Source of the DNA: Eledone cirrhosa | Lineage: Eukaryota | Assembly (NCBI GenBank): GCA_964016885.1 | Contig: OZ024747.1 | Coordinates: 78,058,001-78,122,000, forward strand | Length of the DNA: 64,000 nt | Reading direction: 5' to 3' | Shown: piece by piece, positions 1 through 11,255 of the stretch | Layout: each line of letters starts with the position of its first letter | How positions within the stretch are numbered: position 1 is the first letter of the stretch | The notes under the pieces: generated by a model | The model's input: only the letters and a program-made list of their open reading frames with translations | Told to the model about the DNA's origin: nothing | The model's database searches: none | Translations under genes and position numbers: made by a program

Positions 1-1523
1 TATAGCTCATTCTACCAAAACAAGAGCACAGGTAACTAGGAGTCAATCTGCTAATTATATAGCTCATTCTACCAAAACAAGAGCACAGGTAACTAGGAGT
101 CAATCTACTAATTATATATCTCATTCTACCAAAACAAGAGCACAGGTAACTAGGAGTCAATCTACTAATTATATAGCTCATTCTACCAAAACAAGAGCAC
201 AGGTAACTAGGAGTCAATCTGCTAATTATATAGCTCATTCTACCAAAACAAGAGCACAGGTAACTAGGAGTCAATCTGCTAATTATATATCTCATTCTAC
301 CAAAACAAGAGCACAGGTAACTAGGAGTCAATCTACTAATTATATAGCTCATTCTACCAAAACAAGAGCACAGGTAACTAGGAGTCAATCTACTAATTAT
401 ATATCTCATTCTACCAAAACAAGAGCACAGGTAACTAGGAGTCAATCTACTAATTATATAGCTCATTCTACCAAAACAAGAGCACAGGTAACTAGGAGTC
501 AATCTGCTAATTATATAGCTCATTCTACCAAAACAAGAGCACAGGTAACTAGGAGTCAATCTGCTAATTATATAGCTCATTCTACCAAAACAAGAGCACA
601 GGTAACTAGGAGTCAATCTACTAATTATATATCTCATTCTACCAAAACAAGAGCACAGGTAACTAGGAGTCAATCTGCTAATTATATAGCTCATTCTACC
701 AAAACAAGAGCACAGGTAACTAGGAGTCAATCTGCTAATTATATAGCTCATTCTACCAAAACAAGAGCACAGGTAACTAGGAGTCAATCTACTAATTATA
801 TATCTCATTCTACCAAAACAAGAGCACAGGTAACTAGGAGTCAATCTACTAATTATATAGCTCATTCTACCAAAACAAGAGCACAGGTAACTAGGAGTCA
901 ATCTACTAATTATATAGCTCATTCTACCAAAACAAGAGCACAGGTAACTAGGAGTCAATCTACTAATTATATAGCTCATTCTACCAAAACAAGAGCACAG
1001 GTAACTAGGAGTCAATCTACTAATTATATAGCTCATTCTACCAAAACAAGAGCACAGGTAACTAGGAGTCAATCTACTAATTATATATCTCATTCTACCA
1101 AAACAAGAGCACAGGTAACTAGGAGTCAATCTACTAATTATATAGCTCATTCTACCAAAACAAGAGCACAGGTAACTAGGAGTCAATCTACTAATTATAT
1201 AGCTCATTCTCCCAAAACAAGAGCACAGGTAACTAGGAGTCAATCTACTAATTATATAGCTCATTCTACCAAAACAAGAGCACAGGTAACTAGGAGTCAA
1301 TCTACTAATTATATATCTCATTCTACCAAAACAAGAGCACAGGTAACTAGGAGTCAATCTACTAATTATATATCTCATTCTACCAAAACAAGAGCACAGG
1401 TAACTAGGAGTCAATCTACTAATTATATAGCTCATTCTACCAAAACAAGAGCACAGGTAACTAGGAGTCAATCTGCTAATTATATATCTCATTCTACCAA
1501 AACAAGAGCACAGGTAACTAGGA
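1..1523. repeat. Tandem satellite, 57-bp unit, ~27 copies (continues past window start)
   Basis: Unit TATAGCTCATTCTACCAAAACAAGAGCACAGGTAACTAGGAGTCAATCT(G/A)CTAATTA. It recurs in phase at 1141 (20 x 57), with only two commonly variable positions. Confidence 0.97.
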
Positions 1524-1664
1524 TTACTAACACGAAGGAGGTTGTCGTATCTATGGCACAACTGAAGAGTCATTTCAACTCTTTGTTTGGCAAGTTATGC
1601 CCTTCCTTTCCCCAACCAATATACAGAGTGTACTGGGCGCAATATATTAGTTATGTGTTACCAC

Positions 1665-1817
1665 GCATGGCTTAGTGGTTAGAGCATTGGGCTTGCAATC
1701 GAAAGGCTGTGAGTTCAATTCTCGGACCGGGTGATGTGTTGTTTCCGTGAGCAAGACACTTTATTTCACATTGCTCCAGTTTACTCAGCTGTAGAAATGA
1801 GATGATAGGACTGGGGT
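1665..1817 (+). mobile_element. tRNA-derived CORE-type SINE, 3'-truncated
   Basis: A box TGGCTTAGTGG and B box GAGTTCAATTC, then a CORE-like segment (GAGCAAGACACTT...CAGTTTACTCAGCTGTAGAAATG). Near-identical to the 5' part of 7943-8275. Confidence 0.8.
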
Positions 1818-2309
1818 CCTCTCATTAAATCATCCAAGAGACCTCCAACGAGATATACCTCGGAGGCCAGCTAAACCTGCATAGGTGTGAGCTGTCACAC
1901 ACACACACACACACAGACAGGTGGTTACGTAACAAAATTAGTAGTTTTAAATATGGAAAATTTATAAAACATTTGTAAAATAGCTTCAAAATGACACACC
2001 TAGCACTGTAATAAACAAAACATTATAGATATATGTCATATTTTATTTATTTGTTTGGGCAGTGGGGGTGTTTTTTTTTTTCTTTTCCATTTTTTGTTTT
2101 GTTTTTAGGTTTTCGAAATACAAAAAAGTATGATAATAAATAGTAATAATAATAATAGTAATAATAATAATAGTAGTAGTAATACAAAAGGCAGCTTTGC
2201 TAGGTACTGCACACATTTTGAGGTAAATATTATGTCTGAGGTCCTTGTTGCGACTTGACAGATGACGAAATACCACACTGTATTATCCATCTGTACTGCG
2301 CGACAGGGC

Positions 2310-2541
2310 AATAATAATAATTGTTTCTACTTTTGGCACAAGGCCAAAATAATTGTTTCTACATTTGGCACAAGGCCAGCAATTACCCAGTACATTACTG
2401 GTACTTTATTTTATCGACCCCGTAAGGATGAAAGGCAAAGTTAACATCGGTGGGATTTGAACTCAGACCATAAAGGGCCGTAACTCTTTGCTGCAAAGCA
2501 TGGTGTCTGACCCTCTACCGATACTGCCAATCCACCTCCCT
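2310..2541 (-). mobile_element. tRNA-like SINE, second family (Meta/MESC-like central domain)
   Basis: Minus strand has GAGTTCAAATCCC...CTTTGCCTTTCATCCTTACGGGGTCGATAAAATAAAGTACCAG. Same family as 11471, 21387 and 25216. The 3' end AATTGTTTCTAC.TTTGGCACAAGGCCA is tandemly duplicated. Confidence 0.75.
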
Positions 2542-2940
2542 ACATATAATAATAATAAAAAATAATAATAATAATACAGAATTTTGAAGATGAAATGCAA
2601 CTGAATGTGGAGAGATGAATCCCTCTTCAGATCTTGGTTGTATGTGTGTCATATGAATAAAAGGTACCCTACAGATTATTATTGGTTTTGAACTATAAAA
2701 AATAAAGGTTGTTATAAATAATTTAATAAATTAAAAAAAAAAGAAAAAAAAAAGGGACTGGGAATAAAAAAGGGGGGGGGGGGAGAAGGGGATAGAACAA
2801 AGAGAGGTAACTGTGGGTGGGATTAACACTAGAAGTTACCAACAGATTTGGCACTGGGCATACCAAACAATCTACTTGTAAGGACAGCAAGTGTTGGTCA
2901 TTCATGGCCAACCAGCAAGCTAGAAATATATATTTCATAT

Positions 2941-3012
<72 letters not shown>

Positions 3013-3067
3013 GTGAGGTTTTTTTTACAAAATGAGAAATAACCGAGGTGTCCTACATGAGTGAAAG

Positions 3068-3367
3068 TATAAAGAAAAAAAGATGAAATCGAAAATGCAA
3101 CTGGAGTCTTATTTTTTTTTTTTTTTAAATATATATATTTATTTGGTTCCTTTACCGGTTTTGCAGTTCTTCTGCTTTTCAAAAGTAGAGTTGAGATGGA
3201 GGGTCTGTGGTTTTTCTCAGAGAAAAACCACAGACCCTCCATCTCAACTCTACTTTTGAAAAGCAGAAGAACTGCGAAACCGGTAAAGGAACCAAATAAA
3301 TATATATATATTTTTTTTTTAAATAAGACTCCAGTTGCATTTTCGATTTCATCTTTTTTTCTTTATA
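3068..3367. repeat. ~300-bp near-perfect palindrome (centre 3219) flanked by (TA)n
   Basis: Arms are reverse complements around a 1-nt spacer (GGTTTTTCTC-A-GAGAAAAACC). ORFs 3196+ and 3242- translate to the same N-terminal peptide. Confidence 0.95.
3253..3288 (+). ncRNA. Putative minimal type I hammerhead ribozyme, U3-A8 variant
   Basis: ctt-TTGAAAA-GCAG-aagaa-CTGC-GAAA-C-cg-G-TA-aag: core, 4-bp stem II, 1-bp stem III within palindromic ACCGGT, GUA site, 3-bp stem I. Confidence 0.55.
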
Positions 3368-3475
3368 TATATATATATATATACATACATATATTATATG
3401 TATATTCTATATTCATATGTATGTATGTATTTATGTGTATATATATGTATGTGTATATATATATATATATAAACA

Positions 3476-3520
3476 TCCAAACCCATGCAAGCGTGGAACA
3501 TGGACGTTAAACGATGATGA

Positions 3521-3524
<4 letters not shown>
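3476..3524 (+). mobile_element. Very short 5'-truncated RTE 3' tail inserted in (TA)n
   Basis: TCCAAACCCATGCAAGCGTGGAACATGGACGTTAAACGATGATGA matches the reverse complement of ~8349-8393, the 3' end of the RTE LINE. Confidence 0.75.
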
Positions 3525-3578
<54 letters not shown>

Positions 3579-4034
3579 ATATATATATATATATATATTT
3601 TTATATCCAGTATTTTATTTTTAACTTTGTCAATGTGTACCATAGTCATTTTAATTTGTTAATCTATTATTTTTTTGTTCTTTTAATGTTAAGGGTTAAA
3701 TAAAATCAAACATAAATAACATTATAATGTAAAATAAAATGGTCCATAAAAAAACTCCAGTTAGCACTTCTAGTGTTAAAGCTTTTCATAGTTTCTCCCT
3801 ACTTGCAACAATCTGCTGCCATTTGCCATCACACATCATTATTATTACATAATTGGTTTATCAAGTTCTTCCCAGATGCCATCCATAGAAAAGCTGCTCG
3901 TTAAGCTATGGCAATTTTTATTTAAGTAAAAAAAAAACACTTTTTTTTTTTTTTTACTTAGCCAAGCAGAAACAGTATAGTTTGTTTTTAAAGTTTGTTT
4001 TTGTTTTTTTAACAGCAGTCATTTTGTTTTTAAA

Positions 4035-4160
4035 TCAGGCTTCGCTCTCTCCATTCAAAGAAGCTTGGTCTTCCAGAATTGGAACTATCAGGTTATCTTT
4101 CGGCATCAAATTATATTTGGTAACAAATGTAGTAAATCGTCTACAGAGATTAGTCTCATT
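4035..4160 (-). CDS. MOB4: MOB4/phocein exon 8 (last coding exon)
   Basis: After acceptor tttcag: [44 protein letters not shown], matching the MOB4 C-terminus (..[22 protein letters not shown]). Confidence 0.96.
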   Translation of the reverse strand, partial: NETNLCRRFTTFVTKYNLMPKDNLIVPILEDQASLNGESEA

Positions 4161-4650
4161 CTGAAAGAAAGAAAATAAACATTAAAAACCTTTAAAGAAG
4201 AGAAGACTTTTTGTCTTTATAGCAATGTGTGTGGGACCCCATTTGCTCACAATTATGAGAGATGGGGAGGGAGAGAGGGATGGGGGTGATGACTGTGGGA
4301 GTTTGGCTCCTGTGTTCAGACCTGGTGTACATGTATGTGTATTTTTACACTACCAACCCTAATTTACTGTACATATGAGCTTCATTGGACAGAGAAACCA
4401 AAAGGATTGACAAATTAAAAATCTAAGTAGAAAACCAGGAATTTATGGGGCGGAGATGATAAAATAAAGTACCAATACTTAACTGGTACTTTAAATGTCA
4501 TAACTGACAACAATGACCTTTTTATTCCATATTTAAAACAAAAGGTACAATGGACATATAACAATATGAAAGTGCATAGATCATCGAATGCTTGCAAGAA
4601 TAGAATTTTAGAATGGAGAAATAAAATTTTAAAATAATGCAGAAAATTAC

Positions 4651-4762
4651 CTCAAATTTGTCAAATAGCATTCTGTGATGAAAATAAGCATGAGAAAATA
4701 TTCGATAGACCCTTCTACAAACAGAACCAAGTTTGGCTACTGAAGATTCTTTTATACTGACT
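4651..4762 (-). CDS. MOB4: MOB4 exon 7
   Basis: (R)[37 protein letters not shown]; AG/GT boundaries; 112 nt, phase consistent with neighbours. Confidence 0.97.
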
Positions 4763-5135
4763 CTGCAAATAAATAAATTCAAAAGGAAGAAGGTAAAAAA
4801 ACAGCAAGGTTTTTAAAATATTCAATATGACTGAGATGGCAACACATTCAAATCCAAGACAAGGGTCGGGAATCATACAAACTTCAACATGTTTCCTGGT
4901 TTAACACCCCGATCTCGTTCTTTGACAGAGTTTACTGGACCACAAGTATTCAGGCTTTCTCTCTCTCTCTCTCACACACAACCCTCTTCCCCACCTCTAG
5001 TCCCCATTACACTCACTCATTGAACTGCAAATGTTTAAGCAGGGAAACAACAAGATGGATCTCATCAGTCTGACAGTGTCAGCAAAGATCACCGCTACTC
5101 CGTACTCTGCTTACTTTTCTGTCTAATTTATCAGA

Positions 5136-5629
5136 ACACACACACATACTCACTCACACAAACATATCTATACATGACAACACACATGTAAGCACACACA
5201 CAAACATATATATACATGCCAACACACATATAAGCACACACACGCATGCATTCAAACATATGTACATGCCAACACACATGTAAGCACACAAGCACACACA
5301 CTCACTCACTCACACAAACATATGTACATGCCAACACATATGTAAGCACACACACATAAACATATATATATATATACATGCCAACACACATGTAAGCATA
5401 CACTCACACAAACATATATATATACATGCCAACACACATGTAAGCACACATATACACACACACGATGGAGCAGAATACTGTACACTTTCAAATAAGAAAT
5501 TATCAGCATTACAATTGATTGGAATAAAATTGAAAAGAAATAAGAAAGTGTGAACCGGGAACTGCTTGATACAGTTGTGAAATATCTCCACTAGCTTTAA
5601 AATATGAGCTGTATGAACCAGAGGGACTG

Positions 5630-5689
<60 letters not shown>

Positions 5690-5880
5690 TACACACACAT
5701 ACACACATATATATATACACAAATACACAAACATACATATACACAAACACACATACATACATATACACAAACACACATACATATACACACACACATACAT
5801 ACATATACACACACAAATACACACACATACATACAAACAAATACACATACATATATACACACACAGAAATGTGTGTGTGG
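5136..5880. repeat. (CA)n/(TA)n-rich microsatellite complex
   Basis: ACACAC/ACATAT runs, with a degenerate repeat CATGCCAACACACATGTAAGCAC at ~5180-5450. Confidence 0.85.
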
Positions 5881-6602
5881 TGTACCTCTGTTAAGACAAG
5901 TGTTAGAGTTGCTTCAATCAACAGAACAATAGATATCAGAAATATACTAACAAAAGGTTTAAAGCCACATAAATCTCTAACTCCAATGTCCATTCTTTCG
6001 TGGGTCAGTGATAACACCTCATTTGTCCACTCACAATATCTATTGTCACTCTTTGTTGTTTGACAGCTTCCTACTTCCACACTATCTCTTTAACAGTGAA
6101 TAGAAATACTAAACTCATTATTATATGTAGATTACTATTTAGCTTTGGTTTATTTTCTGGATTATGGAAATAATTCTTTCATTCTACTTCAACAATGGTG
6201 TTTAAAAACTTGACAAGGCATGTAAAGCTTTCTTATTAAAAATCAATGGAATAAAGTACACAACTGTTTAACACTTAACATCCTGTACCATGTGAAACCG
6301 CATTAGCAAGACATTCTCAAAAACTACAAAACAGCATCACTTTAAAACATTCAAGTCTTTACTTTAGTTCACAACAGCCTGTCCACTAGTAAAGATTCTA
6401 TCAACATTTGAATTAACAAACCCATTTTTAGATATTTTCTGCGAAATCCTAGCAAAATGTCAAAAGTTATTTGATGGGTGATACTAAAACATAATTAAAC
6501 AACACTATTGATTTGAATAATAAAATCATAGCAATGATGATGATGATAGCAATAACCATTAATGAAGATTAGAGAAACGTCTAATTAGGAGCAGAAACTT
6601 AC

Positions 6603-6682
6603 CTGCTGGGAAAATACTTTGTGCTATTTAATAGACAAGCAGCTCCATCTAGTGTATGTCTTGTGTAGTCAATAGCGGGACA
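6603..6682 (-). CDS. MOB4: MOB4 exon 6
   Basis: [26 protein letters not shown](R); tttcag acceptor, gtaag donor; 80 nt. Confidence 0.97.
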
Positions 6683-7767
6683 CTGAAACAAATAAGAATG
6701 GAATAATTTGTAGCCATACACCTATGTCTATTTGTCACAATATTCAGGAACTCAAGAGTCTTAGGCAGAATCTGACAAAAAAAATGTGATGAATATTACA
6801 GCAAATCACAAACTAGTTGTCTGACAGCAACTGGCACATCCAGCGAGATTGCCAAAATAAACCATACATGAATTAATGTGGTTTCACTTAGCACATTATT
6901 GTATCCCTAACGTCATTACGTCCCACATGCAAAAAAAAGAAAACACTTTTACACATAACTGGTTGCAATGATGTCAAGGGAAATAACTTGAAAATATTTG
7001 TGATATCACATTTAGAAAGAGAAATTATTTCATGTGTTTTCATTATACATGCTTTATAATATGATCAAGGCAGAGTCGTTAGGGTACCAGATTGAATGCT
7101 TTGCAGTATTCATTCAAATTCCACCATGGTCAACTTTTCCCTTCATTCTTCAGGGTCAATAAATAATTTGAAAAAGCTATATCTAAATCTCTTTGTACAT
7201 GTGAATATAGATATATATAAAGTGGTTGTGTTGGTGACATGACAAAAAGCACCCAACCCACACTGTAAAGTGGTCATTTTGGTGCCACAGTAAAAAGCAC
7301 CCAGTCCACACTGTAAAGTGGTCGTTTTGGTGCCACAGTAAAAAGCACCCAGTCCACACTGTCAAGTGGTTGGTATTAGGTAGGGTATCCAGTTGTAGAA
7401 ACCAAACCATGTATGAGCAAGACGTGGTCATCTGACCTGGCTTGTCTCACAAGACAACTCGTCTAACCATGCTAGCATGGAAAATGGACATTAAACAGTG
7501 ATGATGATGATGATAATACTTGAGCTACCAGAGTTATAGCCTGATCTATGTTAAACTTTTGCTAACAACTTCAAGCAACCAAGTAGTGGTTCCTTATGGC
7601 ATAAAACCTGTAGGTTTTTTTATTGTTTTTTTTTCTTTTTTCTGAAGAAGAAAATTGTGAATGTAAGATGTAAACTGTCTTGATCACTACAATCAAACAA
7701 CATTGAATAAAAAATATCTTCATAGCTAATTTCTTTGATGTAGGAATGTTTTGTTTTTTTAAAATAC

Positions 7768-7854
7768 CTCTTTAGGAGTCTTGTGTGCAGCACATAGAAA
7801 TATCCATTGTTCTGTAGCAGTCATCTGAGTACAGCTATCAGGATTACATTCATT
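7768..7854 (-). CDS. MOB4: MOB4 exon 5
   Basis: [29 protein letters not shown]; AG/GT boundaries; 87 nt. Confidence 0.97.
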
Positions 7855-7942
7855 CTGAAAAAGGGTTTCAAAAAATATTGGCCCAATAAATAGTACATGT
7901 ATACATAGTATAGTGTGTGTTTGTGTGCATATATATATATCA

Positions 7943-8275
7943 TGACTTAGTGGTTAGAGCATTGGCCTTGCAATCGAAAGGTTGTGAGTTCAATTCTCAG
8001 ACCGGGTGATGTGTTGTTTCCTTGAGCAAGACACTTTATTTCACATTGCTCCAGTTTACTCAGCTGTAGAAATGAGATGATAGGGACTGGGGTCCATATC
8101 ATTCCACTGCAAAGTAGTCGTGGAGGTGCCACGGCAAAAAAGCACCCAGCACTCACTGTAAATGAGGTTGGTGTTAGGAAGGGCATCCAGCTGTAGAAAT
8201 CAAGCCAGAATCAGTTCCCGTCCCACCTTTGCAAGCAGGGAAAAAGCGGACATAAAATGAAATGATGATGATGAT
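7943..8275 (+). mobile_element. Full-length tRNA-derived CORE-type SINE with RTE-like 3' tail
   Basis: A/B boxes, CORE-like domain, then GGTTGGTGTTAGGAAGGGCATCCAGCTGTAGAAA...GGACATAAAATG and a (GAT)n tail. Near-identical inverted copy at 46363-46692. Confidence 0.85.
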
Positions 8276-8341
8276 ATATATATATATATATATATATTTA
8301 AAAAAAGGAAAATAATGACTTCACTTGTAGTTCTAAACAAT

Positions 8342-11085
8342 ATCATCGTCATCATCGTTTAACGTCCATGTTCCACGCTTGCATGGGTTTGGACGGGAGT
8401 TTTCCCACTTGAGGCAAGAGTGGTTGTCATTGCTCGCATAGGACTGTCTGGCGGGTTTTCTACAGCTGGATGCCCTTCCTAACACCAACCACATTTACAG
8501 TTTGGGGCTGGGAGGTTTTTACCGTGTTGCCTACACGGCCACATTACAGCATGGACTGTGTGTTTTTTTGTCGTGACACCTACACGATCTCATTTGTTTC
8601 GGCCTGGATGTTGTGGCACCAACATAACTTTACATTGAAAGGGGCGGTGTGGATGGGGTGGGGGTAGTGGGACGGGGGTGTATTTTGTTAGAGATGCCTA
8701 CTGACTGTAGTAGGTTTTACTTTGTATTTAGGTAAGGCGGGTCTTCTCTATTACTGAGTACCGCCAAAAATCTCGGTCCAGTGACATTGTCTTGGAGAGG
8801 TGTAAGTGTGTGAGGTCGGAATTTATCAGCTCGTCCCAGGTTTTTCTGGGTCTGCCTACTCCGTGGCTACCGTCTATCTTTATTGCCCTGCACTTTGTTA
8901 TACAGCTGTCGTCTTTCATGCGTATCACGTGACCATACCAACGTAGCCTTCTCTCGAGTAAACAACATCTGATCCCTCTTATTTCTAATTTTTTCCTTAG
9001 TTCGTTTATGCTTTGCCGTTCACGTATATTACTATTACACATCCAGTGGAGCATGCAAGCTTCGTTCCTCTCTAGTCTGCGTATAACCTCTGCACACAAT
9101 GCCCAGGTCTCACTGCCATGCAGCATTGCTGTTCGTATGCAGGCATCATACAACCTGCCTTTCATTTTTAGGGAGAACCCTTTAGCGGCTAATAGTGGTA
9201 TAAGCTCTCTGAACTTTTTCCATCCAGTTCTGACTCTAGCTACTGTACTTTCAGAGCACCCTCCCCCACTGCTGATTTTGTCACCCAGGTAACGGAAGCT
9301 GTCCACTATTTCTATAGAACCCTCTGCGCAATTGAAAGAGCTAGTATTTTGTGGGCACTTGCTGCTACTTATTTCACCAGAGCACCGGCCACATGTAAAA
9401 TCTATGTTCTTAGTTAGCTTACCTGTGATCCCACTACATCTTTTATGCACCCATACTTTGCATTTGGGACATAAAATGGAGTTTCTACCTACGCCTTTCC
9501 TACACACTGAGCATGGCCATTTCCTGGAAGGGACCGGCGCCTTATTTTCTTTCCTACAAACTAGAACTTTAGTCTTAGCCAGGTTAATTTTAAGGCCTTT
9601 TGATTCTAGGCTGTGCTTCCATGTTTGGAATTTCTTCTCTAGCTCGGCCATTGATTCAGCTATGAGCGTTAGATCATCTGCGTATAGGAGTTCCCATGGG
9701 CAGCCGGTCTTGAACTCCTCTGTTATAGCCTGAAGGGCAATAATAAATAGTAGGGGACTAAGAACAGAGCCCTGATGGACACCAACTTTTACGCTAAACT
9801 CTTCGCTATATTCGTTGTTAATTCTAACCTTGCTGACTGTTTCTTTATACATGGCTTGTATAGCTCTCACAAGCCATTCGTCAACACCTAGTTTTCTAAG
9901 AGCCCACCAGATAATGGAACGGGGGACTCTGTCGAAGGCTTTCTCCAGGTCGACAAAAGCTAAGTATAGGGGTTTACTTTTAGCTAGGTACTTCTCCTGT
10001 AGTTGTCGTACAATGAAAAGAGCGTCTGTACTTTTGCCTGACACAAACCCGAACTGCATTTCATCTAGATCAATTCTCTCTCTGATTAGTTGCGCTATTA
10101 CTTTTTCCGTGACCTTCATGACCTGGTCGATTAATTTAATGCCTCTATAGTTACTCCTATCTAGGGCGTCTCCTTTACCCTTGTAATAGTTAACGATGAT
10201 GCTGCTACGCCAGTCCTTCGGAACAACCCCATTCTGTATGACTTGGTTTACTATCCGGGTGACCATGGTGTGTCCCACCGTTCCAGAGGCTTTCAGCATC
10301 TCAGCAACTATTTCCGAAGGCCCAGCCGCCTTACCCGTCTTCATATCTTTGATTGCCTTACTTATTATACTACCTTCGACTAACACTGCTGGTCCCTCTA
10401 TTGGGTCGATGTGGGGGAGACTATCTTTCTCCCATTTATTCTCCTCATTTAGTAGCCTTTCGTAGTGACACTTCCAAGCTACCTTCTTATCAGCGTCAGT
10501 GATGGCAAGTACGCCATCATCGTTAAGTACACACTTCTCCCCGACAATATCACGGTTTTCCTTGACACATTGCCTAGCAATCCTGAACACCTCACGTTTT
10601 TGGTCCTCGCGTTGTAGAACATGCTTGAACTTTCTTTCCTCTGCTTCCCTTCTTGCGAAGTACACTTGTCTCCTAGCTTCCCTCCTGGCCACTTGATAGT
10701 CTTCTCTACTTCCCCCATCCCGCCATGCTTTCCAAGCCTGCTTTTTGGCCTTGATTGACCCCTCCACTTTACTGTTCCACCACCATGTTACTCTCCTCCT
10801 GCCTACAGGCCTGCTCCAGCCACAGACTTCATCTGCCGCCATCAGCAGGTTTGCTTTCAGGAATTCCCACTGTTCCTCTACATTGTACGACTCTAATTGC
10901 TCTTCCTTACTGTCGAAAGCATCAAGTAATATGCTTTGAAATTTATTTCTGGCTGTGGGATCCTTTAGCTTCCATATTTTTCTCCTGAGGATAGTCCTCT
11001 TCTGCTGTCTAGAAGGTCTCGTCCTGACTATGAGGTCGCTAATTATCAGTCTATGTTGGGAGGTGCATTCTTCATGGGGGAGGGA
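8342..11085 (-). mobile_element. 5'-truncated RTE-clade LINE in MOB4 intron 4
   Basis: Frame is open from 11085 to 8728 and covers the end of the APE domain (EECTSQHRLII), the RT domain and the C-terminal RRLRWYGHV...GRPRKTW motif. The 3' UTR ends GGACGTTAAAC(GAT)n. Confidence 0.93.
8728..10842 (-). CDS. Non-LTR retrotransposon reverse transcriptase ORF with PHD-type zinc finger
   Basis: RT motifs NYRGIKL, QFGF, FVDLEKAFDRV, GVHQGSVLSPLLF and YADD (9673-9684); C4HC3 finger at 9382-9513. Confidence 0.93.
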   Translation of the reverse strand: MAADEVCGWSRPVGRRRVTWWWNSKVEGSIKAKKQAWKAWRDGGSREDYQVARREARRQVYFARREAEERKFKHVLQREDQKREVFRIARQCVKENRDIVGEKCVLNDDGVLAITDADKKVAWKCHYERLLNEENKWEKDSLPHIDPIEGPAVLVEGSIISKAIKDMKTGKAAGPSEIVAEMLKASGTVGHTMVTRIVNQVIQNGVVPKDWRSSIIVNYYKGKGDALDRSNYRGIKLIDQVMKVTEKVIAQLIRERIDLDEMQFGFVSGKSTDALFIVRQLQEKYLAKSKPLYLAFVDLEKAFDRVPRSIIWWALRKLGVDEWLVRAIQAMYKETVSKVRINNEYSEEFSVKVGVHQGSVLSPLLFIIALQAITEEFKTGCPWELLYADDLTLIAESMAELEKKFQTWKHSLESKGLKINLAKTKVLVCRKENKAPVPSRKWPCSVCRKGVGRNSILCPKCKVWVHKRCSGITGKLTKNIDFTCGRCSGEISSSKCPQNTSSFNCAEGSIEIVDSFRYLGDKISSGGGCSESTVARVRTGWKKFRELIPLLAAKGFSLKMKGRLYDACIRTAMLHGSETWALCAEVIRRLERNEACMLHWMCNSNIRERQSINELRKKLEIRGIRCCLLERRLRWYGHVIRMKDDSCITKCRAIKIDGSHGVGRPRKTWDELINSDLTHLHLSKTMSLDRDFWRYSVIEKTRLT

Positions 11086-11255
11086 TTATAATTTTATAAT
11101 TTTACAATTGTAAAATTATAATATAAAATTAAATTGCGAGACATAGATTATGCTAACATCAGAATAGGACTGCTGGTAATACCAGGTAGAACAACTCTTG
11201 TGAAAAGTACTGTTAAATAATTCTGGCAATTATAACCTTTCATAACCTTACAATC

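Noticed and set aside
1-1523. Regular repeats suggesting a CRISPR array
   Set aside because: Head-to-tail identical units with no unique spacers, no cas genes and a eukaryotic context.
1665-1730. tRNA-like sequence with A/B boxes (also at 7943 and 46692)
   Set aside because: No proper acceptor stem, and it runs directly into the CORE-like SINE body. It is a SINE head, not a tRNA gene.
4880-5120. CTGATGAG ... GAAAGCC on the minus strand, a possible hammerhead
   Set aside because: The two halves are >100 nt apart across a microsatellite, and I could not form stem II.
9008-10988. Plus-strand ORFs overlapping the LINE
   Set aside because: Antisense shadows of the RT reading frame.
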